This document shows, piece by piece, positions 51,421 to 64,000 of a stretch of DNA of 64,000 bases. A program made the translations under genes and the position numbers. The notes under the pieces are model-generated. The model did no database searches, was not told where the DNA came from, and saw nothing but the letters and a program-made list of their open reading frames with translations. The DNA lies in NCBI GenBank assembly GCA_002633005.1, contig NMRA01000260.1, positions 261,821-325,820 of the forward strand. The letters run 5' to 3'. Numbering within the stretch: the stretch's first letter is position 1; the number at the start of each line of letters is the position of its first letter. Source of the stretch: Phoronis australis. Taxonomy: Eukaryota > Animalia > Phoronida.

Positions 51421-54400
51421 TGAAACTCACAAGGTTTCATTCCATACCTTTGTTAAAACAAGTTACTACTCAGCACAAGGTACTTAAGGTATTCGCATAC
51501 TTTGTTGTTTAAGTCATCTTTTACTCTGCATGTCAATTGTATTTGAGTAACCTAAGTTCGACACTCAACAGGACATTGGTAACTGATCAAGAGACTTGAT
51601 TTAAAGACACAATATTTCGAAACATACATGTTTCATTCTCAAGTGGCTATAAAATGACACTTTTGCTCTGTGGTGGTTTACTGTGTCTTCAACCAATTTT
51701 GCATAACGGAAAACGTGCTACCGAAGTACAGCCTGCCTTGGCTCAATATAAGTCATGGGTATGAGCTATCATTTATAGGTCAATAATACTCTGAATCTCG
51801 CTCTTCATGCGGTTGGTATGGAAGTCAACTGAGGATAAAGATTTAGCTTGACATGCGGAATGTTACAAAATCAGCAGTTTTTGTAGACAAAGTCTGAGAT
51901 TTCCTTAAGTGAAGGCAAGTTTGTTGTGTAATTTGCATTTGAATATATCAGCAATTTCAGAATTTTGTTTCATCCAAGTATTGCAAATTCTTGCCTCCCA
52001 CTTATGGTTCATTTTTGTTCATTAGATCTCAACCATTCTACATTGATTTTTGCATTGTCAATCGATATGATCATGATACAATCTGCTGTGATGTTTCTAT
52101 CAAATACATAATGCTCTAAGAAATAAAAAAATGTAACATTAAAAAGTTTATTATTTCCATAAATATGTTCTTATAAACAAGGATATAATTGAAATTTGGA
52201 ATTGTCCGACTACATGGCTAGAGACAATTTGTTTGCCAAACTATCATCGTCAACTTAATTTAAATATGAATTGTCCATGGACATGTTTTAATATTTTCAT
52301 TAGATTTTTTCAGTCAAAATTCTCATTATCAACAAGTCTGAATTTAGACAAATATTTAGTTAATTGTAGAATTTAACTCGAGAAAAGCAGAATTTGATCT
52401 TTATACCAATGTGGTGTTGATTGGGTCACATGACCGTGTCTTTAGTAACATTTATCAAAAAAGAAATGTACAGTCATATCAAAACAAATGTATCAATAAC
52501 ATGATCCAGTTTCATTTACAGATATCTCAAAAGTCTTGTAACACTTTTCCAAGTTATCATTTTGGTATGTTTTCGATGTACAATTTTCATGAAAATGATA
52601 AGTTTAATTTTTTATAGCCCCTGCAATAGCTTCTTGGAGAACAATGCATACAGCACAATATGTGAAAGTTTCATGTGAATTCAATCAGTCATTACTCATG
52701 TATTAGTCAAATTTGGACATTTTTCTACAGCCCTGCATGACCTTTAAAAAGACTAGTCTCTACATATCTCATGCTGTTAAGACTATGCCGTGCTTTATTA
52801 CTTCTTGTTCAGAACATTCTCAGGTCAAGATACAATGTCTTGGTCACACCTTTGCTACCTGTCTCTAGTCAGTGACTTCATTTTATCATGCTAATTTATG
52901 GCTCAAACCCTTGAACATTGATAAATGCAGCACTGGTCCTTGAATAAGTGGTCCTCATAATGCTGCCCCTGATAGAAACAATAAACTAAGACCAGTCAAA
53001 AGTACACTGTATTGCACTTGTGCTGTGGCCATGTTAGCCAACAGCCTACTGTTGTTTACACAAGCCTGGAGGCTACTCCTTCAAGCTCAGCTGCCATTGG
53101 CTAAGTCTATCCAGTCTTGGTTGACCTACTTATGACATCGCTGATGGCATCGCCTGGTACCGGCTGTTACCAACAATGTTGTCTGCTAAGCCAGTGGTTG
53201 TCTGCCTCAGTGCTAGTGCAGTAGAGGAGTTCTTGGAGCCGGAAACAGTGAAGGAGAGTGCCCGTCTGCTAAGAAATTCATGATTGAACACAAACAGAAT
53301 GCTCTCATCTACCTCCAGGGATAAATATTATCCTTTTGGGTAAGGGTAACCAAGTTTTATATGCGTGATGGTCTTTGTTAACGTTCTTTTATTATCAGCA
53401 GAAGTTTTTGTGATGCGCACTGAATGGTGAGTTGTTCACTTAAATTACTGGTGCCCTCAGGCTACTGTAAGTTTTCTCTACTGAACAGATGTTTTTGGAT
53501 AACTCTGGAATTCTGAAGAGGCACAGAAAGAATTGTGGGATTGAGCTCTTGAGACTGAAAAATGCTGGCTTGAATTTTATGAATTGTGAATTGACCGGTA
53601 TTAAAAATGATTTTGTGTTTTCGCTAGATACAAATAAAAACTTGTTTTTACCTATGTTATTTGTACATACAGTCTAACAAAAATGTAGGGTTTAGTAACA
53701 TCATGGTTAAGTATTCTTCTCAGACTGTATTTTTGTGTCATTAGGTGCAACCAACTGCGTGGATACAATTTTTGATTTTTAAGAACTAAAACTAAGGAAA
53801 TGAAAAATCATCATCTGGTTTTTTATTTATTGGCGTAGAAGTTCCAGCATATTTGCATCATTTTGCATTATACATAATTGTTGATTGTATTGTTTGTGTC
53901 ATAATTTTTGCACTGCTTACTTGGACCTCAAGAACTTTAGAAGTTGAGACAACCGAATACCAGGTTAGGAAATGTAATCTTTGAAAGTTCTTGTAAGGAA
54001 AGGCAAGATATTTTGGATTATTATGAATAATGCAACGATGTAGTTCACAGACTTCTCTGGTGTGGATAGCAGTATTCTTTTGGCTGCTTTTTAAGCAGGG
54101 GTGTGGCAAAGTTAATGGTAATTAATGGTGTTTTTATTGAGGTGTTAACCTAGTTAATATTTCTTCTATCAATGCCTTGTTTTGAATGGGTTTAACCTAC
54201 AATTTTCATGTTGTACTGAACATTACAGTAACTTCTTAGTTACCAGCAAAGAAAAATAATTGACACAAGTGTCACCTTCCCGGCAGCTTAGGTGAGACCG
54301 AGGATGGTTAACTCCCTTTTATGAAAAATTTCTGACAGCTTCACTCTTGAAAACTATCTAAAAACTTAGGAATTTTCGGGGAGTTTTTTTTTCTTGGGCT

Positions 54401-55124
54401 ATTGATGATTTCACTGTAATCTATTTGTGCAATTTGCATTCAAAGTGGTGAGATCCAAGAGGCTGAACTTGGCTTGGCTACTGTGGCCAGGCCCAGGGAT
54501 AACTTCGGCTGTTGACATGTCATGTAATGATTAGTATTTTCAGCGGAGAGACGAAACCAATGATAAGTGGTTGATATCTTAGTGCATGTGCACAGCACAT
54601 GCGTGTACGTGTATGTGTGCGTGCATGTGTTCCTGGGAACTTTGGATAGTATATTAAAATATTTAAGATTACATTTTGCCATGACCTATTGAAATTAACA
54701 ATCTTATAAGAAATAAAACAAAATTTACTGCTCAGTGCAGAAGTTAAAATTTTGCTTCCTAGTTGAATTTGTTCTTTCGTAAGTCTGGTATTCTAAATTC
54801 ACTGTGGCCATCATAATTACATTAATTTTGACAAGCGACACACTGTTTCGTACTTTTGTACTAAGTATAGCCAATTTCTGAACTTGCCCCAATTGTGAAC
54901 TAGTCTGTTGTCTCCCCTACTTCACCTGTAATAAATATTTATGGTGTTTTGTTTGATAACAACTGTACAGTAGGAGCCACGTCAGTAGGTGGAATTTATT
55001 TTTGTTGATAATTTTACTGAATCTATCTCTGATGTTCTCTCTTATGATGTTTAGATCTGCAGTGATATCTAAGAATAGGCATGTCAGTGAGTTGCAAGGT
55101 GAGGGCACAGCTGGGGAGTATGGT

Positions 55125-55475
55125 ATTGAATAAGTCTTGACCATCTGGATGGCATCCAGACACTAAATAGTCTTGACAATTTGGATGGCATTGCCACACT
55201 GAATAGTCTGACAATTTGGATGGCATTGAGACATTGAATAGTCTGACTGTCTGGATGGCATAGAGATACTGAATAGTCTGACTCTAGATGGCATTGAGAT
55301 ACTGAATGGTCTGATTGTCTGGATGGCATTGAGACACTGAATAGTCTGACAATTTGGATGACATTGAGCACTGAATAGTCTGATAGTCTGGATGGCATTG
55401 AGATACTGAATAGTCTGACGATTTGGATGGCATTGAGATACTGAATAGTCTGTCTGGATTGCATAGGGACACTGA
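55125..55475. repeat. Minisatellite, ~10 diverged copies of ~35-bp CTGAATAGTCTGACAATTTGGATGGCATTGAGAYA
   Basis: Directly visible; explains ORFs 55023-55665. Confidence 0.93.
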
Positions 55476-58009
55476 TAGTTAATTTTCCAGGTGAAAGTTG
55501 ATACCAATTACTGTACAACTGCAAACGATTTGTTGTGCTCTTCGCATCCATTATTGATTGAAAAAATGAGAAGTGGAGCATGCTAGTTGATAGGGAAGAC
55601 GTCGGTTGAAGGACTGAACGAAAATATGACTTCTTGATCTTTACTTTTGTAGAGAAATTTAACAAATTAGAATTTCACTTGTCAGCCATGTTGTGTGCGT
55701 CGACCCTGTACCTGTTTTGGGAACAATCTCAAGGAGCTAAACAGTCAGTGGCACAATAAGTTTTCATTACATTATTGTCAAGAAAGAAAGAACAACAAGA
55801 GGCATGTTTACAGTACATTTAACTCAATGTACCTGTTGTCAGTTCAACTTTCAAGACTGCACATTGAAACCACACGATACACGAGGTTAATCCACTTCCA
55901 AATGATGTGATACACCAGCTTATGTGAACTTGACAGTTTCATGAAGGCAAAAAAATTCTTGGATTGTCGACGTCTTCTGCCAAACTTTCAGAATCTCGTC
56001 ACAATGCAATACACTGGCAACTGCAATAAAGAATCACTTCAGCTACCACCTTGGGATTGTGCCTGTTTTCCTTTATCTGCACGTTTACCTTACTGTCTAA
56101 CAGCGGCGTTGGAACCTCTTCCATCGAGTCTGTTGCTCGCATGGAATCTGTCCTGCACTATTGACACGATTTTCTGTAAACATGAAAAGGCTTTTTCATT
56201 GGCTAAAGATTTGTTGAGCTTCACGGTACTGCGAACAAGCAGTCATTCTCACAGTAGGGTTTTCTGCAAGAGAACAAAGCTAAACGTCTGGTTTTGAGCA
56301 ATGGGCTATAGTGAAGTTAGTTTGTGCTGAATTTAAGGGAATGAACATGCAATTGTTATTCAACTATATCCTTATGGTAGCGGATAAGTTAGGGTTGGAC
56401 CTTTTCTGCAGGGGTTCGGTTGAACCTCCCGACCCCCCCCCCCCGCTTGGCAACTGGCCTTTCCTGATGATACAAATGATGACTTAGTGAGTTTCTATAC
56501 TAGAGAATCTCGAGGCGGTTGAAAGTCCATCACAACTCCCCCTACTTTTCTCACTGACTGCTGTCGACATCAGTATTCCCAAAGTTCTCTGTATTAAACA
56601 CGAGATGGCGTAGTTGAATATCGCATGATTGTGTTAGTCACGACATCTAAGGATTACTCATGTTGGAGAGGATTTAACCTTTTCGATTGCTGGGGGTGTG
56701 CACAGCTCCGCAGTTAAATCCATCTAGTTTGACAGGAGTTGTGATCGTGGCTGTTTGGCTTTTAAATCCTGGAGTAACACTTTTCACTGATCGAATTAAC
56801 TCCTCAAAACAAGTGAGTTGCACTCTTAGTTGGAAAGCAGTGTTTACACTGTCCATTTTTGGAAGTATTGCAACCTATTGCAAGTTAGAAACTTTTCAGT
56901 AAATTTCTGTACGTCAAGATGGCGACATGTGGAACCTTGAAGATATACGTCTTAGGAAATTTTTTCCACAACATGTAAAATTTGAATTCTTTTTCAAAAT
57001 GATTGAGTGATATAGCAGTTTTTTTAATTCAAATAGAGTGGATTTGCTGAATGGAAATTTATTGTTCATTTGTAATTCTGTTTTCATCTGTTTCTAGAGT
57101 CTTAACAAGTATTTGTGTTAATTACTAGAGAGGTTTAAAAATAATGTAAGAACCAGGTTTTGAATCAAATTAATTAAACAAAGTTTCATTTCAGAAACTT
57201 TAATAGAAACTGTTTTGTGCATGTGGTAAAATCTCGCCAATTTAGGACAGAGTACGGTGGACTGGAAAAATTTTGTTTTCTCATTAGCAAGACAAGTCAG
57301 ACCAAATTAATGGTAATGCCACAGCTACTGTGTGACTCCGTTTTGAGAAATTGCGGCCATTTGCGACATCGTTGAAAGAATTTGAAAAAGTGGAAAATAC
57401 CAAATTTAGCAATCATTTTATCCAAAATTGGCGAAATCATAGTTTGATCCCAGTGCTCATATTGAACGCTTTTTTCTCCCGGACTGGTAAACTTGTAACA
57501 GTATGTCTTGCGCCGATCACTATTTTCAGAGCACAGTGTGCTTTTAATAGGTTCCAGGCTTAAATAATTATTTCGTCTGCCTTTCAAAAGCATTCTTCAT
57601 TTCCTTTTTTACAAGCCAGTTTCAGAAGGTTGCATTAACAGAGAGAACTTCTAATATCCTGGGCACTGCTGTTTGTTTTTAAATGTGGTATTCACAGTAA
57701 AATGAGTTGTAAAATATTTGACTCATTTTTGACTGAATTTTAAAATTTTTGATTTGATTCAAAACTGAAAACTGAAAGAGTGCCTAAGATTTTATTAGTA
57801 GTTCTTCCACAAAAGATTCTCATTGTCGCCATCATTGTATGTTCATGAGTTATTTGTGATGTCATGGGATATTCACGAAATGACAATGGCGCCACAGTAT
57901 ATTTGAAAAACAGTAGCAGTGTCATAATAAAATCCCCAAAATTGCTTTTTTATCAAGTCTTGTGTTCCAATGAAATTTTATACTGTTCACAACAAAAAGA
58001 ATCCAATGA

Positions 58010-58290
58010 AAGCGAGGAGCGAAACTTGACGATGATAGAGAGGATGACGAAGATGACGGATATGACAACGATGGTGGCAAGGGTGAACATTACAAGTAAT
58101 GATAGCATTCCTATGACGACCGTAGGGGTCAGAAGTCGGTAAGAAATAGGCTACAGTCTTGGTGAAATTGACTGAAAAGTGGACAACAGAGATGATGATG
58201 AATATGGTGATGATGGTGGCGATGCTGAACAACATCATAACATTACTATGATGAACTAATAAATCAGTAAGAAATAGGCTACAGTCTAGT
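58010..58290. repeat. GAT/GAC-rich low-complexity tract with a duplicated GTAAGAAATAGGCTACAGTCT block
   Basis: Block at ~58139 and ~58266. Confidence 0.6.
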
Positions 58291-60189
58291 TCAATAGAAG
58301 CTAAACGTACATCAATGCAGCAAGAGCACTCAACATAGGAACTGCGCTATCAGAAAATCTCGAATAATTCAAAAAGTACACATCCTACCAAAACATGAAA
58401 AATATCTTCTGAAAGCCCATTCAAAACTCTATCTAAATTGATAAATTCGCAACACTCCGAAAATTTTTCAAAAAATTGAAATGTTGCGTTTTTTGAAATT
58501 CAAAGTCAAATAACTCGAAAACAGTAAGTCTGAGAAAAAATTATTACAGTTCATTTGAAATAGTATACCTCAGAGAATCTGCATACAAAAATTCACCTCA
58601 TTTCCTCTTCCGTTTAAAATGGAAACCCCAGCACAATTGAAAATGGGTGAAAATGCGCCAGATCCGCCATTTTGAAAACCACTTCCGGTTGAGCAGTAAT
58701 CAATCATAGCTAAGTATTAAAAACTAATACACGAAAAATTTCGAAGTAATCAGATTGATATTGCGCCCTCCACAGGAAAAAAAATTTTTACTCGCCATGG
58801 CTGTTATTTCCGCCATCTTAGACCGGAAGTAAATGTTTTCCAGCACATCTGTAGCACTTGTCTTGTGGAATAACCGTGCCGATTTTCAAATGTGTACGCG
58901 AAAAATTTCGGTCTCCATGAGACTTTTATCCTGAAAATGTATACAAAATGGCCACCATATCGGCCATCTTGAATCTGATTATGATGAAAAACAGTAAGCT
59001 TCCAGGACTTTTGGTTCCAAAAGTTATGTGCAAATTTCATGAGAATCGGACGAAAAATGCGACCTGTAGAGTGCGAATAAAAAAAACTTAGTGTTAGAGC
59101 AACATGACTTGGAGGAATTTGAAGAATTCCGCCAAGTAATGAAATGACCCCCATTCCCCATACTGATGGCTGATCACCTTGATAAACCCTTATTCACTGT
59201 CATAACTCCGTCAGAAAGGCAGGTCTTGATGGTCATCACTGTTGAGGAGGGAGAAACTTATCTTTGGTGGCACTGTAATTTGCATTGCAGAAGGGGGAAC
59301 CCGTGGCCCTCCACAGTTTATTTTCGGGGTTTTATGGTTTTTCGTTGTTTGTATTTGTGGTGGGTGTTCTGGAAAGATAACTCTAGGTACTTTTCACCCC
59401 ATTTTTAAGTACAAAAGAAGGTGATCACTATGTTGTTCTTGTGTTTCCATGGAAACTTATTAACTTTTTGCTTGCTATCAGCGGCTTTGCCTCATAGTGC
59501 TGTTTTCATTTTTTATTGTTCATGTATTAAACCCAGTTTTCAAACTGTAGGATGTTCTAGTCTTTTCTAACCATAGTTGATTTATTATTAAGAATTTGGG
59601 CTGCTAACAATTATCTTCTTACCTACTATCATGCCAACTGGGATGTTTTTTTATTTAGTAAACACGTCGAATTTATTTTATTGTTGCTAGTTTGCTTTCG
59701 TGCTAGAACAATTTTTTTGAATTTTGGACATGGGTTAAAACTTCAAGTCTGTGTGTTAGATTGATTGATAGGTTGATTGAATTAATTTTTCTAGTAAATA
59801 CAAAGTAGCGGTGATAAATCATTAAGCTGACAAAAATAACACAGGACACTGTGGTTATGAAAATAAGAATAATAACTGATAATTAACATGTATGTTTTGC
59901 AAGAAATCAATGCATGAATAGGTAATGATGGAAACCGTTGCATCATAGGTCGGCCATCTTGATTGCTAACAATGCTTGGCAGTTGTTTTAGTAGTGTCAT
60001 ATTGTTTTTTGTTTGTTTTTTTTATTAATATTTTTGTGTTGAAGGCATTGTTAGCTAATTATAGCCATCAATCTTTGAGAACAGCTGCAACGTACAAGAT
60101 CGAATTGGGTTTGGCAATGAATAATTTAAATATTTTGAAGTGTTTCTCCAGCAATTTAATGAGAAGATGCTCTACATGTATGCGTGGGG

Positions 60190-60253
60190 CTCTGGTTACC
60201 TTGCACTCTGGTTACCTTGCACTCTGGTTACCTTGCACTCTGGTTACCTTGCA
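60190..60253. repeat. 4 perfect copies of 16-bp CTCTGGTTACCTTGCA
   Basis: Directly visible. Confidence 0.95.
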
Positions 60254-61855
60254 ATACCATGGTGTATACTACAGCTTTATTGACATGTGTCTACATTTTT
60301 AGTTTCTGACTTAGCACACCATGTCCTCAGATATAGTACAGTGGCCCCTGTTCTAATGAAATTACTGCGTTAATAGGAGCAACCTGTTCTAACTTTCATG
60401 TTTAGAACAACCTTAGCCTGAACTGAAGGAAATGGAAAAGGACATGATTTGCTAAAAGTGCACATAGACCTTGCCTTCTAGCCAACACTTATCAATCATC
60501 CCTGTCTACTGCACTTTTGCCCACACTGGAGAGTGTTAAATAATATGCATGATTATTGTCATCTATGGAACAGAGCATTACATAATCTCTCATGGTAAGC
60601 TTTAGTGTAGTTAGATAACTCTGAGCTGTGGATTATGAGACAATATGATGTGTTGTTAACTAACTATGGTAATACTCCTCTTAATTTGCACAAAATTAAT
60701 GTTTTTGTGATATGGTGTGTCTAGAACTAACTTTATGAACTTCGTAGTTGATGGTTGTCTGAAATTAAAGAAGTAAGCTAATTGGCCTACAGGTTGCCAA
60801 CATGATCCAGTAGCCAATATACAGATTTAACATTTTGAAAGCGGTGCCCTCTGGTGCCACGGTGCCTCTTGGGATAGACCCGAGCGACCACTTTGCACTG
60901 TTGTGAATGTCAATGGTGGCTTGTAAGCATCGTGATGTAAGGTGCTGGCTGATTTACCTGTTGTGTGCCTGGATGTTTTAATAACAACATGAAACAGCAG
61001 CATCTGAAGTATTAAGAGTTCCGAAAAACCAGAGGACAGAAAGTTATTGGTGAGAAACATTAGCTGAGCTTGTAATAAAGGCAAGTTTAATGAGTTCGCG
61101 TTGTGTTTAAACATGCGCCGTTAAAGTTTGTACTCTCATATCAGAAATGGGCCATAGCCAATACTTCTAAGGAGTGGTCAGGTTTATTTCAAGTGGGGGT
61201 GTATGAAAAGGCTTAGGATTATACTGTTCCCTGCCTCTGTCGTCAGCTGGGCTTGTTCGATGTTAACATTTCGGAAAAAGCGTGGATCTGAAGCAAAGCT
61301 GAGTACTATATCATAGTGAAAATAATAACTTTGTTTTTATTAAGCTATTACTTGTCAGCAAGTTGGAGTGACATCCAGAAACATGGCTTGGAAGACATTT
61401 AATTCAGTCACGGGGTCGATTTAGTTAAATGATTTGTCTTACAACGCTTTCACGTTTTTGTCCTTTTGACCAATTTTTTGGTGAACAACGTCACTCAAAA
61501 GCCAGGAAAAATATGTTGCAAGCTTTAGTTGCATATGTACAAAATTTATATGAAAGTACAAAGAAGGGTGAATGAAATTGGGTCGAAAGACTGTAGTGTC
61601 AGCACGCCACCTGTAAGTCTGAGTGGATGCTCTACAAATGCATATTTATGTGAGGGACAAAATTTATTATTTCTCTGTTGAAAGACGATTTTCTGGCAAT
61701 TTAACAACAACTTGTCTTAGCAGAGGTTAGTACTCTCCAAATCCTTTCTTGATAACAAGGATTTCATGTGCAAAAGTTCTTATTAACAAGCTCCAATATT
61801 GTTATGCACCTGCATATAGTCATGTTTTTTACCAAACATATGGTCTATATTTTAG

Positions 61856-62035
61856 ATGTTTCCCCGATGAGGTGATTCCTGCCATTGCCTACAGTACAAG
61901 CGGTGATTCACAGATTCATGGGATAGACCACAATAACCTTGGAAATGCCAACAAGCTACACACCCCTCAAGTGGGCCAGTGCTCATACCCAGGGGCTACC
62001 TATACTAAGAGTTCGTCTCCGCAGTACATCAGCGC
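61856..62035 (+). CDS. MYRF: MYRF-family gene, coding exon 3 (ICFPDEVIPAIAYSTSG...SSPQYISA)
   Basis: TTTTAG acceptor, GTGAGT donor, phase 2 to 2; CFPD matches MYRF LCFPDI. Confidence 0.88.
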
Positions 62036-62420
62036 GTGAGTGTTGATTGGCTGGTGGTTGCCTATCAATATCAACATTTTTTATTAGAATAGAATAGAGA
62101 TGTCTGGCATTCCACAAGCTGTGAGATTTGATATAAATTGAAACCTGGTGTTATATTGATATTGTTAATCTTATTACAAAATGAATGATACGATAACGTA
62201 TACAAAACTGTTATTGTTGCTGGTAATCTTACAAAATTAGCAACAGGAAGTTAATTGGAAAAAAGCAAAAAGTATGTAGCAGGGGACATCAGTAGCTTGT
62301 TATTTTCTTTTTCTCTGTCAGACATGACTGAATTTCGTTTAATGTCCTCAGCAGTTGTGGTAAAATGATTCAATTTGTCAAATGTGAGCAAAATGTAGCT
62401 GTGGAAATGTTACTTATTTG

Positions 62421-62524
62421 TCATGGATTGCCATGTGCCCCTGTCATCATGGATTGCCATGTGCCCCTGTCATCATGGATTGCCATGTGCCCCTGTCATC
62501 ATGGATTGCCATGTGCCCCTGTCA
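62421..62524. repeat. 4 perfect copies of 26-bp TCATGGATTGCCATGTGCCCCTGTCA
   Basis: Directly visible, in MYRF intron 3. Confidence 0.95.
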
Positions 62525-62669
62525 CCAAATAGCATTTGGGAAAATGTTGGGTATTTTCAGCCATGAAGTAAGCCTGCATAATTTAAAGTCATAGTTTCTG
62601 TTTCATATGGTCAGAAATTGAAGACTATGTTGTGCTGACATTCAGCAGGCATTTACATTAAAAATTGTC

Positions 62670-62940
62670 AAATTTGGAACAGTGAAAAATTAATTAGTTT
62701 GCTCAAGGCCAGAGGTTTTACCAGATTTTGAAAAATGACAAGGTTGTCCTAAAGTGGAAGAATAATTGAAAATATGGCAAAATTAACTTCCAAGTCTATT
62801 TTTAGACTGTCGATACAAAACACTGTGTCCGAAAATTGAGAAATGTGATGAATGAAGAAATCGTCCATGTCCCAATCTTCAAAATCAAGAAAACAAAATT
62901 TCTTTTGGAATAATCTCCAGTAGGAGAATTTTTATTCATC
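62670..62940 (+). repeat. Dispersed repeat family B copy, just upstream of MYRF exon 4
   Basis: GAAAAATTAATTAGTTTGCTCAAG and GTCCGAAAATTGAGAAAT...TGTCCCAA...CAAGAAAA are shared with 5845-6130. Confidence 0.55.
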
Positions 62941-62969
62941 TCCACCCTCTAACTAATGTCATCTTACAG

Positions 62970-63028
62970 GCAATTGCCCGAAAGCCCACCAGATTCAGGC
63001 AGTGAACCGTATTCACCTGATAATCCAG
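62970..63028 (+). CDS. MYRF: MYRF-family gene, coding exon 4 (QLPESPPDSGSEPYSPDNP)
   Basis: TTACAG acceptor, GTAAGG donor; near-identical to the MYRF signature LPDSPPDSGSEAYSP. Confidence 0.92.
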
Positions 63029-63455
63029 GTAAGGTCATTTAATCTGGGCTTCAAATCGTTCTTCTAATTATTTGATGAAATGTTTTTTAATTATCATTCC
63101 TGTCAGTTATGCTAAGGGATTTAACTTGAATATTCAACTCACTTATGTCCATGAGGTGACCAATATAATTCAATCAGGTTTTGGATGCACTGGCCAGGTG
63201 TGAACCAATTGCTACACTTACCCTTTTGTTACTTCTGTGACTGCTTTAAGTATGGCAAGGCTTATAAGCAAATAAAGATCAATTAAAGGTTATTAGCTTG
63301 TGCAAGTTTATGAATAAGATTGTTAACCATGGTCTGGGTGTTGTATCTTACTTTTATGAAAACTAGTCATTTTTGTTAGGTGATTGTCTGTGGAGGTACA
63401 TGAAGCAAAATCAGTGAAGGAAGCGCGTTAATGCAGTTTCTTACCTTTGTTATAG

Positions 63456-63813
63456 ACAACAAGATAGGTACAATGACCGGCCTCAACAACATTCCTGACA
63501 TCTCATTCAGCCAGGGGAACGTGGCACAGCGCCATGTGGGCATGCCCAACTACGGGAGTGGCAGCAACAACTACCACCACCCCCAAGACATGCACGGTGG
63601 ACTGACCGACTACCACGAACCGCCGCGCCTCAACCACACACCACACCAGAGCCACGTGATACAGCAGAATCATGCGGCACATCAGAACCACGCGGTACAT
63701 CAGAGCCATGCGCCAATCTCAAACCATTCGGCGCATTCGCCCAACTCTCACTTGCCAAACCGTCCCATGGCCCCTGTCAACCCTCACGGCATGCCCTCGT
63801 CTTATAACTGCAG
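63456..63813 (+). CDS. MYRF: MYRF-family gene, coding exon 5 (His/Pro/Gln-rich region DNKIGTMTGL...MPSSYNC); gene continues beyond the window
   Basis: TTATAG acceptor in phase 1, open frame with high GC3, CAG|GTAAAG donor; coincides with ORF 63431..63817. NDT80 and ICA domains are not in the window. Confidence 0.88.
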
Positions 63814-64000
63814 GTAAAGTCAAGGTAGTTCTGTTCTTCCCTACGTCATTCTTTTCCAAATGACGTCAAGTTTCAGAAAGCATACAGTGTGGTTACTTCA
63901 CAAAATGTGGTAAATGGTGTCGGTTGGCTGTCAGTAGTAATGTGCCAGCTATTATGGTAAGTCAGAAACAGTCTGGCGCTGTTTCTATATCTTGTCATTT

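Noticed and set aside
55023-55665. 193-aa minus-strand ORF and overlapping ORFs
   Set aside because: Produced by a ~35-bp minisatellite; no recognisable domain.
56088-56263. Minus-strand segment with a strong acceptor and a donor
   Set aside because: Stops in all three frames and no partner exons found; a non-coding antisense exon cannot be supported from sequence alone.
57864-58238. Asp/Met/His-rich ORFs suggesting an acidic exon
   Set aside because: GAT-rich low-complexity sequence with stops in the acidic frame, embedded in TE-like DNA; exons 2 and 3 already join in frame without it.
3060-61855. Intronic miRNA, snoRNA or tRNA genes
   Set aside because: No conserved miRNA sequence or intact tRNA recognised by eye; an Infernal/Rfam scan would be needed to exclude them.

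Overview
AT-rich, intron-dominated eukaryotic (invertebrate animal, plausibly a marine deuterostome) DNA. Almost the whole window is the 5' part of a + strand MYRF (myelin regulatory factor) family gene. Five coding exons join in frame with canonical GT-AG sites (3014-3059, 44707-44785, 61856-62035, 62970-63028, 63456-63813) and the gene continues past the window end. Its ~41.6-kb first intron contains a complete three-exon antisense gene for a 145-aa LITAF/CDIP1-family protein (29988->26393), most of which the ORF track misses. The putative MYRF leader holds ten upstream ATGs. The introns carry many decayed DNA transposons (Kolobok-type, one with THAP and P2X7-ballast-like remnants; hAT and Harbinger MITEs; a CXC-domain transposon-like fragment), LINE tails and minisatellites. 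No prokaryotic features or CRISPR arrays. Family assignments come from motif recognition by eye, not database searches.
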